A DNA stretch of 64,000 bases from Macrostomum lignano. Lineage: Eukaryota. The DNA is taken from NCBI GenBank assembly GCA_002269645.1, contig NIVC01001215.1:1-64000 (forward strand), read 5' to 3'. Positions within the stretch are counted from its first letter, which is position 1, and each line of letters opens with the position of its first letter. Positions 46,421 through 64,000 of the stretch are shown here, piece after piece. Position numbers and translations under genes: made by a program. The notes below the pieces were generated by a model that was not told the DNA's origin, ran no database searches, and was given only the letters and a program-made list of their open reading frames with translations.

Positions 46421-46659
46421 GCGCGCCGCTGAGATGCGCACTGAAACGGACTCTAAAAACTTGGAATAATTTGAAAGAACTTTGAAACCCCAACTTTTTT
46501 CTCAGTTTTTTGTTTAAATAAGCCTGACTAATTTTTCAGACTACTGCAGCGAAAATCTGAAAGCATTTTAAACGAATTTCTAACTATTTCCTTTACAGTT
46601 AAAGTCGACCTCTTGCTGTTGAATTCGACTCATACGTAACAGCCTCTCTGTAGTTAATA

Positions 46660-47420
46660 AACAGGTCTCTGGCCTCTATAAACAGATCTCTCTGGCCTCT
46701 ATAAACAGGTCTCTCTGGCCTCTATAAACAGATCTCTCTGTCCTCTATAAACAGGTCTCTGGCCTCTATAAACAGATCTCTCTGGCCTCTATAAACTTGT
46801 CTCTCTGGCCTCTATAAACAGGTCTCTGGCCTCTATAAACAGATCTCTCTGGCCTCTATCAACTGGTCTCTCTGGACTCTATAAACAGGCCTATGGTTTT
46901 TATACACAGGCCTCTGGCCTCTGTAAACTGGTTTCTGTGGCCTCTATAAACTGGTTTCTGTGGCCTCTATAAACAGGTCTCTGGCCTCTATAAACAGATC
47001 TCTCTGGCCTCTATCAACTGGTCTCTCTGGCCTCTATAAACAGATCTCTCTGGCCTCTATAAACGGGTCTCTCTGGCCTCTATAAACAGGCCTATGGTTT
47101 CTATACACAGGCCTCTGGCCTCTGTAAACTGGTTTCTGTGGCCTCTTTAAACTGGTCTCTGTGGCCTCTATAAACTGGTCTCTGTGGCCTCTATAAACGG
47201 GTCTTTGTGGCCTCTATAAACTGGTCTCTGTGGTCTCTATAAACAGGCCTCTGGCCTCTGCAAACTGGTCTCTGTGGCCTCTGTAAACTGGTCTTTGTGG
47301 CCTCTATAAACTGGTCTCTGTGGCCTCTATAAACGGGTCTTTGTGGCCTCTATAAACTGGTCTTTGTGGTCTCTATAAACAGGCCTCTGGCCTCTGTAAA
47401 CTGGTTTCTGTGGCCTTTAA
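46660..47420. repeat. 20-22-bp minisatellite (ctctggcctctataaacagg)
   Basis: Direct reading. Confidence 0.93.
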
Positions 47421-47959
47421 GAACATGTCTCTTTGGCCTCCATAAAAGACCAATCTGCAGTAAAACACCTTATTCAAAACCCTCTCTTATCGCCCATCCT
47501 CTCCCAAATCTTCCTTAATGTGCGGCCAATCCTCCTTAAATCCTCGGTCGAATGAAAGTTCAGACAGAATGGCTGGACAGGGCGGGCGGCCGCTCAGCAG
47601 GGGCCACGCCGGTGCACTCTGGCGTTAGTCAGTTTGAGCGGGGCCGGGCCGCTGACCCCTGTGCACCGGCCCGCAGGAGCAGCGACCCCAGGATATTCTG
47701 ATTCCATTTTGATACGGCTGAGGAGGGCTGACAGCGGGCTTCGCCAGACAGAGGAGTGGAGATGAGGCGGGGGGCACAACAATGAGGCAGTGAGATCCAG
47801 ACAGTCGCTGCTGAGTGGCCATTCACGGCCAGAGCGGTCAGCTCTGATCCAAAAACCCTGGGGCTCACAAAGCCGAACGGGGACTGCCACTGCTCCAGTT
47901 GAGCTGCTCGGGATGCAGCAGAGGGATGCTGCCACCAACACCGAATGGACAGGTGAGAA

Positions 47960-48250
47960 TCTGATCTAGTCTATGTGCCTACCAGCCTGTCTCTGATCTA
48001 GTCTATGTGCCTACCAGCCAGTCTCTGATCTAGTCTATGTGCCTACCAGCCTGTCTCTGATCTAGTCTATCTGCCTACCACCCTGTCTCTGATCTAGTCT
48101 ATCTGCCTAGAAGGTAGACATGGTAGATAAAGTAGACAAGGTAGACAAGGTAGATAAGGTAGATAAGGTAGACAAGGTAGGTAAGGTAGATAAGGTAGAC
48201 AAGGTAGATAAGGTAGACAAGGTAGATAAGGTAGACAAGGTAGATAAGGC
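47960..48250. repeat. Intronic 32-bp and 9-bp (aggtagaca/aggtagata) repeats
   Basis: Direct reading. Confidence 0.88.
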
Positions 48251-48279
48251 CACTCAGTTCCAATCAAATTTGCCGCAGA

Positions 48280-48826
48280 GCTGCGGGAGCCGCTGATGGT
48301 CAGCCCAACTTGCGGCGGTGCGCTGCACCACCCAGCCTCCTGGCAGCTGCCGACTCCACCGAATTTTCTGCCTCCGCCGTCTCCGTCAGATCCTTCATCG
48401 CCTCCTTTAACACCGCTGCCGCAGCTGCCGCCCCCGTCGCTGCCATCGCCGCCGTCACTGCCGAGGCCGCCAACCCCGCCGAAGCCGGCGCCCCGCCGCC
48501 GCTCGAACCGGTGCGAGTTCTGCGGCAAGCTGTTCAACAACTGCTCCAACCTCACCGTGCACCGCCGCAGCCACACGGGCGAGCAGCCCTACCGTTGCCA
48601 GCTGTGCGGCTACGCCTGCGCCCAGAGCAGCAAGCTCACCCGCCACATGCGAACCCACGGCGGAACCGCCAGCTCCAGCAACACCGCCAGCGCCGGCTTC
48701 TCCTGCCGCTACTGCGGCGCTCCGCTCATCGTGTCCAGCACGCTGGAGAAGCATGTCCGGCGGTGCCCGCGGGCTGGCCGGCCGCGTTGCCTGGCGACAG
48801 AGGCGCACGTGCAAGATGACGATTGA
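48280..48826 (+). CDS. BCL11: BCL11/Chronophage-like C2H2 zinc-finger protein, terminal exon (upstream exon probably ends at the donor near 47952)
   Basis: [50 protein letters not shown] and STLEKH match the BCL11 C-terminal finger triplet. Confidence 0.85.
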
Positions 48827-48994
48827 TCGACTAACTGATTGACTGATTGATTGACTAGTTGATCGATTGATCTATTTATTAATCGATTGATACGTTGATA
48901 GATAGATAGATGGATATCTAGCAACTTCGTTAATTTGAGTGTTAGAAATGCTTAGTCAAGGCTAAAGTATTGGCATGAAAACTACATTTTTCTT

Positions 48995-49490
48995 GAACTG
49001 TCACTGTTATCCCACCGGTGCCACTATTAATTGTCACTGTTATCCCACCGGTGCCACTATTAAATGTCACTGTTATCCCACCGGTGCCAATATTAATTGT
49101 CACTGTTATCCCACCGGTGCCACTATTAATTGTCACTGTTATCCCACCGGTGCCGCTATTAATTGTCACTGTTATCTCACCGGTGCCACTATTAATTGTC
49201 ACTGTTATCCCACCGGTGCCACTATTAATTGTCACTGTTGTCCCATCAGTGCCACTATTAATTGTCACTGTTATCCCACCGGTGCCACTATTAATTGTCA
49301 CTGTTATCCCACCGGTGCCACTATTAATTGTCACTGTTATCCCACCAGTGCCACTATTAATTGTCACTGTTATCCCACCGGTGCCACTATTAATTGTCAC
49401 TGTTGTCCCACCGGTGCCACTAATTGCCACTGTTATCCCACCGGTGCCACTATTAATTGTCACTGTTATCCCACCAGTGCCACTATCGGT
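48995..49490. repeat. 33-bp minisatellite (ttaattgtcactgttatcccaccggtgccacta)
   Basis: Direct reading. Confidence 0.95.
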
Positions 49491-50414
49491 GTGCAGCAAA
49501 ATTGTTCACCAAATTTCAGCTTTGCATCAAAATCTTCTGGAGCTGCAGACAATGGCTGCAGATCTTAATTAAAAAAGGTAAAATATAAAAAGCAGTCTGA
49601 AGTTGCACTGTAATAAATTTTGCCAATTGCTCTCAGGCTATTCTAAAGCTAACCTTTCGCTGCAAGCACTGTCTTTACCTCTCTCTTTTTCCCTAGCAAA
49701 ATCCTGAGACCATGCAGATATGCAGCAAAGGAATTGTCAGCCGGCAAAAACCAAGCAACCCTCAGGCAGGCAGGCAGTGACGCCAGCCTCCACGCGCCCT
49801 GCTACCAGCGGCTTCAAAAAGCAGATTAAGGGTGAAGACACTCGGCAGGCGCGCAGAGGAGGCTGGGGGCGCGGGCCCACCTGCCCGACTCTCAAAGCTC
49901 CCAGCCACCCCACACCTGCAGTCAACTGAGGAGGAGAGCAGCCGAGGACAAGCCGGGTTGCCATCCCGTGGCTCTGCCCCCGGGGAAAGAAAAAGTTCTG
50001 CTCAAGTCTCCGTGAAGAGAGAGGGATGAAGCGGATATTGTTCCAGCATCTCCCGGCAAAAATTGCCCTCTCCACAGTTTCCTGCAGCATCTCCAGCTCC
50101 CCGGCTCCGTGTCGCGCCGCTTACCCACTTTCTTCATCCGGCTGAGCCCAGAGTACGGATCCCAGCTCCCTGAGCTCGCGACTTCTCACAGACCGCCTCC
50201 CCAGCCTCCGCTGTTGCCAAGGCCACATCGGACACAGAAGCTGCAAGACAAAGCCGAGGGTAAGAGAAGGAGGCCGGGGGAAGGAGGGTTGCAGCGGCTT
50301 CTCGGGATGAAGAGGCGGGCAGGTGGCCGATCTCGCAGCAAACTCTGAGTGAGCAGCTGCCGTAACTGCCCGCCAAACTGGGCCGAGACGTCAAGACGAC
50401 TGCAGCAGCCCGCC

Positions 50415-56230
<5,816 letters not shown>

Positions 56231-56269
56231 CCGGCTGAAGCTGCTCCGATTGGACGAACATGCTCCGAT

Positions 56270-56990
56270 TGTCTGTGTGTCTCAGTCCGTCTGCCTGTCT
56301 GTGTGTCTCAGTCCGTCTGCCTGTCTGTGTGTCTCAGTCCGTCTGCCTGTCTGTGTGCCTCAGTCCGTCTGCCGGTCTGTGTGTCTCAGTCCGTCTGCCT
56401 GTCTGTGTGTCTCAGTCCGTCTGCCTGTCTGTGTGTCTCAGTCCGTCTGCCTGTCTGTGTGCCTCAGTCCGTCTGCCTGTCTGTGTGCCTCAGTCCGTCT
56501 GCCTGTCTGTGTGTCTCAGTCCGTCTGCCTGTCTGTGTGTCTCAGTCTGTCTGCCTGTCTGTGTGTCTCAGTCCGTCCGCCTGTCTGTGTGTCTTAGTCC
56601 GTCCGCCTGTCTGTGTGTCTCAGTCCGTCTGCCTGTCTGTGTGTCTCAGTCCGTCTGCCTGTCTGTGTGCCTCAGTCCGTCTGCCTGTCTGTGTGTCTCA
56701 GTCCGTCTGCCTGTCTGTGTGTCTCAGTCCGTCTGCCTGTCTGTGTGTCTTAGTCCGTCTGCCTGTCTGTGTGTCTCAGTCCGTCTGCCTGTCTGTGTGT
56801 CTTAGTCCGTCCGCCTGTCTGTGTGTCTCAGTCCGTCTGCCTGTCTGTGTGTCTCAGTCCGTCTGCCTGTCTGTGTGCCTCAGTCCGTCTGCCTGTCTGT
56901 GTGTCTCAGTCCGTCTGCCTGTCTGTGTGTCTCAGTCCGTCTGCCTGTCTGTGTGTCTCCGTCTGTCTGCCTGTCTGTCAGCCCATCTAT
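56270..56990. repeat. 26-bp minisatellite (gtctgcctgtctgtgtgtctcagtcc)
   Basis: Direct reading. Confidence 0.96.
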
Positions 56991-57594
56991 CTGTCTCCTC
57001 CTTATATAGCTTATAACGTTTTATAAAAATGTAACTGTGTCAAACGGGAACTTATTATTGTTGCTTGTCCAAAGTTTCCCAGCCTATAATTATTCTTTTG
57101 CTTCATCAATTCTTCAATCTGCTGAACTTTCCTGCCGTCAAACATTTTGATAATTCAATTTTAAAACGGATTTTCAAGGCTTTTTCTAGACTTGCGGCCC
57201 GTCCTGGAGAGTTTCTATCCGAATTGCGGAGCGCAAATTTTTGCAGATGTCCCAGAAAAGTCGATCTGTCCAAAATGCACCGCGGTTTCCATCGAAGTAA
57301 ACCAGTAAAATATTTTAATCCCCACCGCGTCACTGCTACGCCGTGTGCAGATTTCAAAATCGAGTCAGTTGTAAAGGCGAACCAATCCAAATCCATTTAA
57401 GGCATCTGAAGTGCAGGTGCCGCGGTAGCCAGCGCAGTTAAATTTCAAATTCATTGGAAATTTTACCATATGCAGCTGCACTTTCACTGCCGGGAGATTA
57501 CGTCCGAATTTTCCCAGGGTACCCCTCGGACTTCGGCTGGGAGTTTCTAAACGAAGAGTTTGAATCAGAGCAGCAGGATGATGAGATACAGATA

Positions 57595-59210
57595 TTCAGA
57601 CTCAGACACCAACTGGGCGAGACTCGGACACCAACTGGGCGAGACTCAGACACCAACTGGCTGAGACTCAGACACCAACTGGGTGAGACAGACACCAACT
57701 GGCTGAGACTCAGACACCAACTGGGCGAGACAGACACCAACTGGGCGAGGCTCAGACACCAACTGGATGAGACTCAGACACCAACTGGGCGAGACTCAGG
57801 CACCAACTGGATGAGACTCAGACACCAACTGGGCGAGATTCAGACACCAACTGGGTGAGACTCAGACACCAAATGAGTGAGACTCAGACACCAAGTGAGA
57901 GAGACTCAGACACCAACTGGCTGAGACTCAAACACCAACTGACTGAGACTCAGACACCAACTGGGTAAGACTCAGACACCAAGTGAGTGAGACTCAGACA
58001 CCAACTGGGTGAGACAGACACCAACTGGGTGAGACAGACACCAACTATGTGAGACTCAGACACCAACTGGGTGAGACAGACACCAACTGGGTGAGACAGA
58101 CACCAACTGGGTGAGACAGACACCAACTATGTGAGACTCAGACACCAACTGAGTGAGACTCAGACACCAAGTGAGTGAGACTCAGACACCAAGTGAGTGA
58201 GACTCAGACACCAAGTGAGTGAGACTCAGACACCAAGTGAGTGAGACTCAGACACCAAGTGAGTGAGACTCAGACACCAACTGAGTGAGACTCAGACACC
58301 AAGTGAGTGAGACTCAGACACCAAGTGAGTGAGACTCAGACACCAAGTGAGTGAGACTCAGACACCAAGTGAGTGAGACTCAGACACCAAGTGAGTGAGA
58401 CTCAGACACCAAGTGAGTGAGACTCAGACACCAACTGAGTGAGACTCAGACACCAACTGAGTGAGACTCAGACACCAAGTGAGTGAGACTCAGACACCAA
58501 GTGAGTGAGACTCAGACACCAAGTGAGTGAGACTCAGACACCAACTGAGTGAGACTCAGACACCAAGTGAGTGAGACTCAGACACCAAGTGAGTGAGACT
58601 CAGACACCAAGTGAGTGAGACTCAGACACCAAGTGAGTGAGACTCAGACACCAACTGAGTGAGACTCAGACACCAACTGAGTGAGACTCAGACACCAAGT
58701 GAGTGAGACTCAGACACCAAGTGAGTGAGACTCAGACACCAAGTGAGTGAGACTCAGACACCAACTGAGTGAGACTCAGACACCAACTGAGTGAGACTCA
58801 GACACCAAGTGAGTGAGACTCAGACACCAAGTGAGTGAGACTCAGACACCAAGTGAGTGAGACTCAGACACCAAGTGAGTGAGACTCAGACACCAACTGA
58901 GTGAGACTCAGACACCAAGTGAGTGAGACTCAGACACCAAGTGAGTGAGACTCAGACACCAAGTGAGTGAGACTCAGACACCAAGTGAGTGAGACTCAGA
59001 CACCAACTGAGTAAGACTCAGACACCAACTGAGTGAGACTCAGACACCAAGTGAGTGAGACTCAGACACCAAGTGAGTGAGACTCAGACACCAAGTGAGT
59101 GAGACTCAGACACCAACTGAGTGAGACTCAGACACCAACTGAGTGAAACTCAGACACCAACTGAGTGAGACTCAGACACCAAGTGACTGAGACTCAGACA
59201 CCAACATGGC
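57595..59210. repeat. 22-bp minisatellite (gagactcagacaccaagtgagt and variants)
   Basis: Direct reading. Confidence 0.97.
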
Positions 59211-61025
59211 CAGACTCTGATACAACCCGGGCGTCATCAGCAGTGAGACCTTGTTACAGCTACTTCAAGAGCTCAGCCAGTGCTCAAATTCGCGAACTCA
59301 GTCCGACTCAGGCCAGAGGCACCCGGCCTGTCACTGAGCGAGCACTCAGGCAGTCCCAGCAAATTGGTCAGTCCATTCCGATCTTTTCGAGCGAACCGGG
59401 GGGGGGGGGGAGGCGGCGGCGGCAGCCCAGTGCGCAGCGCCTCGGTCGGGTGAGCTCTTGATGTGCCGCGAGACCAGCAACTGTGTGTGGCACTCCGCTG
59501 ACAGCCCCAAGCCTAGCAACATCCCCGCTGGGACTCTCACGGTGCAGCAATAATTGCGGGTAGCCGAGGCTCAAAACAAACGCAAAGTAGGAATTATTCA
59601 TCACTCGGCCGTGCCACAGACCCGCAACCCGCTTTAAAATATTGATTCCAATGAGCAGCATTGAAGGTAAAACTGGATCAACTTTTCCTGCAAATTTGGT
59701 GAAGCTTTGAGAACTGCGCTTTAAAGAACATTCTGAACTTACCCAGTGGGCTACTGCGTATGTTGTGAAATTGATTTGCACTGTAGTCTGTGCAGCTGAG
59801 GCAGAACATTTCCTACGACATCAGTGTAAACAAATATTCTGTTTTAATTCTTACAGTAAGGTTCAGAGACACTGGTCTCTCTGGATGCTAACTTAAATCC
59901 TTGTTTAATCTGAAGCTGAAATGCAATAAGAATTCTGTGCTCTCCATGGCCAACTTCATCAGGTTCAAGCCACACTGCACAAAAGACTTGCATTTGGTGC
60001 AGTTATGGCCATAGACAGTAGTGTTTAGTCAGCCTACGGGTCAGCCTACAGCAGCCCGCCCGCTGAGATGTCTATGGCCAAAGACTAACCAAACGCGTTT
60101 CACAAGCCTTCAGGTTAGTAGCCTATCGAACACGAGCCAGCGGACCAGGGCTCGACTGTGGAGGCGACGAGCGCACCCCAGCTACACAATATCAAGCCAT
60201 GGCGGCTGTGCACCCTGCAATAAGGGCATCTGCGTACAGCGGAACGGCCGCACATATCTTTGCCTTTAGCCTTTAAAGCAGCAAAGAAGTAAAACATATT
60301 AGAAGCATAAAACGAACGCCATGATTTTGGTAGAACAGCGAAAATCAATTCCATGACAGCGGCTAATTAAATGTGCATTTATATCGCGAATCAGAGCGAG
60401 CGAAATATATTTTGTCCTCAGTGTCTGCCTGATAGAAAGGGCTTCAATAATTAGCAAGTTGGGATGGGGACTGACAATACAATTTGAATAGAATAAGTGA
60501 AGCATTTGCTACAATCAGCACAGCTAATGAACAGATGCATGCAGTTATTGGAGAGGGGCTGCATACGCATGCAGATGCTCGCGCGCATTAGCAAACCTGC
60601 GCTCGTGGCAGCCAAAAAAGCGCGACGCCAAACAAAACGCAGCTCGCTACAGAAATTCGCGCCATCCAAAGTCAGCACGGGAGAGTCGCCTAACAAAACT
60701 GGATTTGTTTTAATTTAACAGCGACTGGGGTGTACTTTTATGCGATCTAACAGCAACAGAGAGGTGAGCGGCAGAACGGGCATGAACAGCCTTCAAACCC
60801 CATTCATTGGAATGGGCGCCATTTCGAATACAGTTAAACTCAAATTCTGGAGCGGGACTCGGGGAGCATTCAAACAGATCAGTGAGAAGCCATTCAAGTC
60901 AGCCAGCCACATTGATTTCCGCACTACTCCGAGAAGTAGAAGGCTGTTAAACGGCTGTTAAACGGCTGTCATCCCTGCAAAGACGGAGAGGTCATCTGAA
61001 GTCACCTGGCAGACGGCGGCAGCGG

Positions 61026-63993
61026 CTACTTGGCCTCGGCCTTTGGCGGGTTGATCTTGACCACCAGCACCAGGTAGTACAGCCAGTAGAAGCAGTTGTA
61101 CAGCAGGAAGCAGGCGGGAAACAGGAAGCGGCTGTACGCGTCGATGTCCGAGTCCGGCGCGGGCACTGGCGAGGCTGGCGGCGCGCCGCCTTTGCCGCCG
61201 CCACTGACGCCGCCGCCGACGCCGCCCTCTTCAACGCTGACAGCCAGGAGATCCTCGAGCTCCTCCGGGAAGCCGGGATAGCCGTGGCCGCCGCCGATGT
61301 GGCCGCACGGCAGGCCGGGCGGCGGGCCGCGGATGACGGCGAGGCGCTGCAGCTCGGAGCGGACGACGTTGCGGATCTCCTGCTGCCAGCTCTCCATCTT
61401 GGTGCGCCGCGCCCGGAAGGAGGCCACGGCGAACTCGATGAGGGCGCCGATGACGAACATGATGCTGGCGATGATCCAGATGTCGATGGCCTTGATGTAG
61501 GCAACCCTGCGAAGGCGGCGGGGCAGAGGGTTAGTCAGGTAGACTGAATAAAAAAGGCACTGCAGAGCCCTGTTTGATATTTTCTGCTTTTTTCAACACA
61601 ACCTCAGTGTTGTGCCCTTTTAGCAGTGTTGCATTCTCAAGTTTATCAGTTTAGAAGTTTGCAAAAATCAGCAAATTCTCGGAGTTGAAAATCCCGATCT
61701 CTCCTCTGCAAATTGGCCTGCCGCGACGCGGTCCTTGTAGAAAAATTTCTGGGGCACAGGGCGAATTGAGAAGGCAAACTGAGCAAACTGAGTGACTCCT
61801 GAGGCTGCTTAGGCCCTGCCCTGCTCCATAAATCAGGAGCCACCACAGCAAGCAGGCTTGAAAGCTGACGAAGCCACAGGAAGAAGCAGCTTAGACACTT
61901 AATCTGAGATCAGCGGAGGGGATTTATGACGCCCTCATTCTGCACTTTCTGCCGAACTCAGCGATAGGACCAGGATTAAGCCAGACTGAGCAGCTCAGCC
62001 CAGAGTGCTGGCAGCCCCATCAACCCCGCAGCAGCCCCAGAGACTCCCCGGACTCGTGCCGTGGGCGATAAAATTGAGTTTTTAGCAGTCTTTAATCAGC
62101 CAGCGAGATCTGGCAGCCAGTGCTAATGAGAACTGCTCAGCCCGGACTCGCCGGCGCCAAGGGCTCCGTGAGGACTTTGATCTCACCGGCCTCACCCTCG
62201 ATCCTTGCCCAGATTCTTTATTACTCATTGAGGCGAACAGTCAAGACCTCTTTAATCGGGCACCCTTTGTGTGAAGTTAGCGGTCGCTTAAAACAGTCGG
62301 AAAAGGAGATTCATTTGATTAATCACTTTGTAGCAGACCTGTGTGAGACCTGCAGAACTGTGTGAGACCTGCAGAACTGTGTGAGACCTGCAGACCTGTG
62401 TGAGACCCGCAGACCTGTGTGAGACCTGCAGAACTGTGTGAGACCTGCAGAACTGTGTGAGACCTGCAGAACTGTGTGAGACCTGCAGAACTGTGTGAGA
62501 CCTGCAGAACTGTGTGAGACCTGCAGAACTGTGTGAGACCTGCAGAACTGTGTGAGACCTGCAGAACTGTGTGAGACCTGCAGACCTGTGTGAGACCTGC
62601 AGAACTGTGTGAGACCTGCAGAACTGTGTGAGACCTGCAGAACTGTGTGAGACCTGCAGAACTGTGTGAGACCTGCAGAACTGTGTGAGACCTGCAGAAC
62701 TGTGTGAGACCTGCAGAACTGTGTGAGACCTGCAGAACTGTGTGAGACCTGCAGAACTGTGTGAGACCTGCAGAACTGTGTGAGACCTGCAGAACTGTGT
62801 GAGACCTGCAGAACTGTGTGAGACCTGCAGAACTGTGTGAGACCTGCAGAACTGTGTGAGACCTGCAGTCCCTCCTACCTGTGTGAGAGCTGCAGACCTG
62901 TGTGAGACCTGCAGCCCCCTCCTCCTGTTGTATCAGCACCTGCTACTTGGGCAGATTGGCCATCAAGGTAGATGCCTAGGAGAGTCTGCAGTCCCTACCT
63001 GGGCAGGTTGGCCATCACGGTGGATGCCTGGGTGAGGATACCCAACAGGGTGAGCAGGCCCAGCGTAACCCGAGCGGGCACGGCTTCTATATTGACCCAG
63101 AAGCTGAGCCAGCTGACGGCAATGATGAGGATGGCGGGGATGTAGGTGCCGGCCAGGTAGCTGCTCAGCTGCCGCTCCAGCTTGAAGATCGCCTTCAGGC
63201 ACGCGTAGCTCCCTGTGCTGGTCGCGCTGCCCTGCGTGCAGTCCTCCACAATGGCGAAGTCGGGTGTGTTGAACTCGGAAATCTGCATGGAGCCGTCCAG
63301 CTCCACCGGGTCTTTCAACCCGTCCCGCTTCCACTTGAACAGCAGGTTCCTCGTGGTGTATCCGTAGCTGCCGATGTTCACGAAGCACGTCTGTGTGTCC
63401 ATGGGAAATGTCTGCAACTGCATCTGGCACGAGAACTTCATGGTAACCTTCTGCGAATACAGGATCTGCCCGTCGGGCTCAACTCTGATCAGATAGTTAG
63501 GCTGAGTCATGGTGTGCAGGTAACCCTCCTTTCCATTACGGAAGAACAGGTCTGGAAGCCACAGGTGCTCCTTCTTGGCGGGGATGGCGATGGACTCGTT
63601 GTAGAAACTGAAGTCTTTGCGATGATCCCAGCGCAGCCGCGTGTCCTTCCAGAACTGACGCAGGTACATGTCCAGCGTAAACTCCATGTTGATGACGTCC
63701 ACCTTGTTGATGCTGAGAATCTTCATGTTGACGTCCACGGCCGTGGATGGCTGCACCGGCTTGCTGGAGCCGGACACGTCTGGGGCGGGCTCAGCCGGCT
63801 GGCCGTCCGGCTTCGGCGGCATCTCCACCGGCCGCTGGTGCTTATTGTAGCCGCGGAAGATCGCCTCCACGATGCGGTCCACGATGTTGGTGTAGTTCGG
63901 CCGAACTGACCCGCTGGTCGGCTGAATCTCCTCGGTGGCGAACACAGCAGCGACCGCCAGCAGGGCTGGCAGCAGGCGGCACCAAAAGTGCAT
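61026..63993 (-). CDS. Cys-loop ligand-gated chloride channel subunit (flatworm GluCl / GlyR-like); exons 63993-62999 and 61506-61026
   Basis: Signal peptide; WLPDLFFRNG; Cys-loop CQMQLQTFPMDTQTC; loop C cysteine pair; anion-selective PAR before M2; joined LPR-VAYIKAIDIW; M4 IDAYSRFLFPACF. Confidence 0.93.
62335..62930. repeat. 19-bp intronic minisatellite (gacctgcagaactgtgtga)
   Basis: Direct reading. Confidence 0.96.
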
Positions 63994-64000
63994 CGCGATC

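Noticed and set aside
44710-46485. 535-590 aa ORFs (VACR / HPTS repeats)
   Set aside because: 12-bp satellite inside the GT-AG intron of the Ly6-like gene
57454-57600. Coding-like stretch LPGDYVRIFPGYPSDFGWEF
   Set aside because: Short, runs into a satellite, no supportable splice sites or family
57595-59210. Regular arrays considered as CRISPR
   Set aside because: Units are contiguous with no unique spacers, no cas genes, eukaryotic context; the same applies to all arrays here
59200-60960. Short ORFs and a GC patch between the satellite and the channel 3' end
   Set aside because: No recognisable motifs or consistent exon chain

Overview
Eukaryotic (animal) genomic DNA with spliceosomal introns, GC-rich exons and introns filled with minisatellites. 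The style and the flatworm-type GluCl suggest a free-living flatworm such as Macrostomum (inference). Host genes, in order: ZC3H18-like (+), RalGDS/RGL (+, about 17 kb), a 137-aa claudin/PMP22-like tetraspan (+), a ~1,000-aa IFIT-like TPR protein with a central two-helix membrane segment and a HEPN-like C-terminal domain (-), a two-domain GPI-anchored Ly6/uPAR-like protein (+), a BCL11-like zinc-finger exon (+), a CFAP97D-annexin fusion (+) and a Cys-loop anion channel (-). Mobile DNA: a young, near-intact Gypsy element; two hAT-type MITEs, one carrying a 64-bp copy of the 28S rRNA R2/I-PpoI target region; a Mag-type Gypsy with a nested RNase H-bearing LINE; an RTE-like 3' fragment; an 81-bp LINE stub; and a ~6 kb antisense block in a RalGDS intron that encodes a tyrosine-recombinase C-terminus (not in the ORF track) plus tandem genes sharing an unrecognised domain. 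Several ORFs are broken by one missing base in short homopolymers, most likely long-read consensus errors. Strongest candidates for new biology: the IFIT-like/TM/HEPN-like protein, the tyrosine-recombinase element, the 28S-bearing MITE and the CFAP97D-annexin fusion. No database searches were run; all family assignments come from motif recognition.
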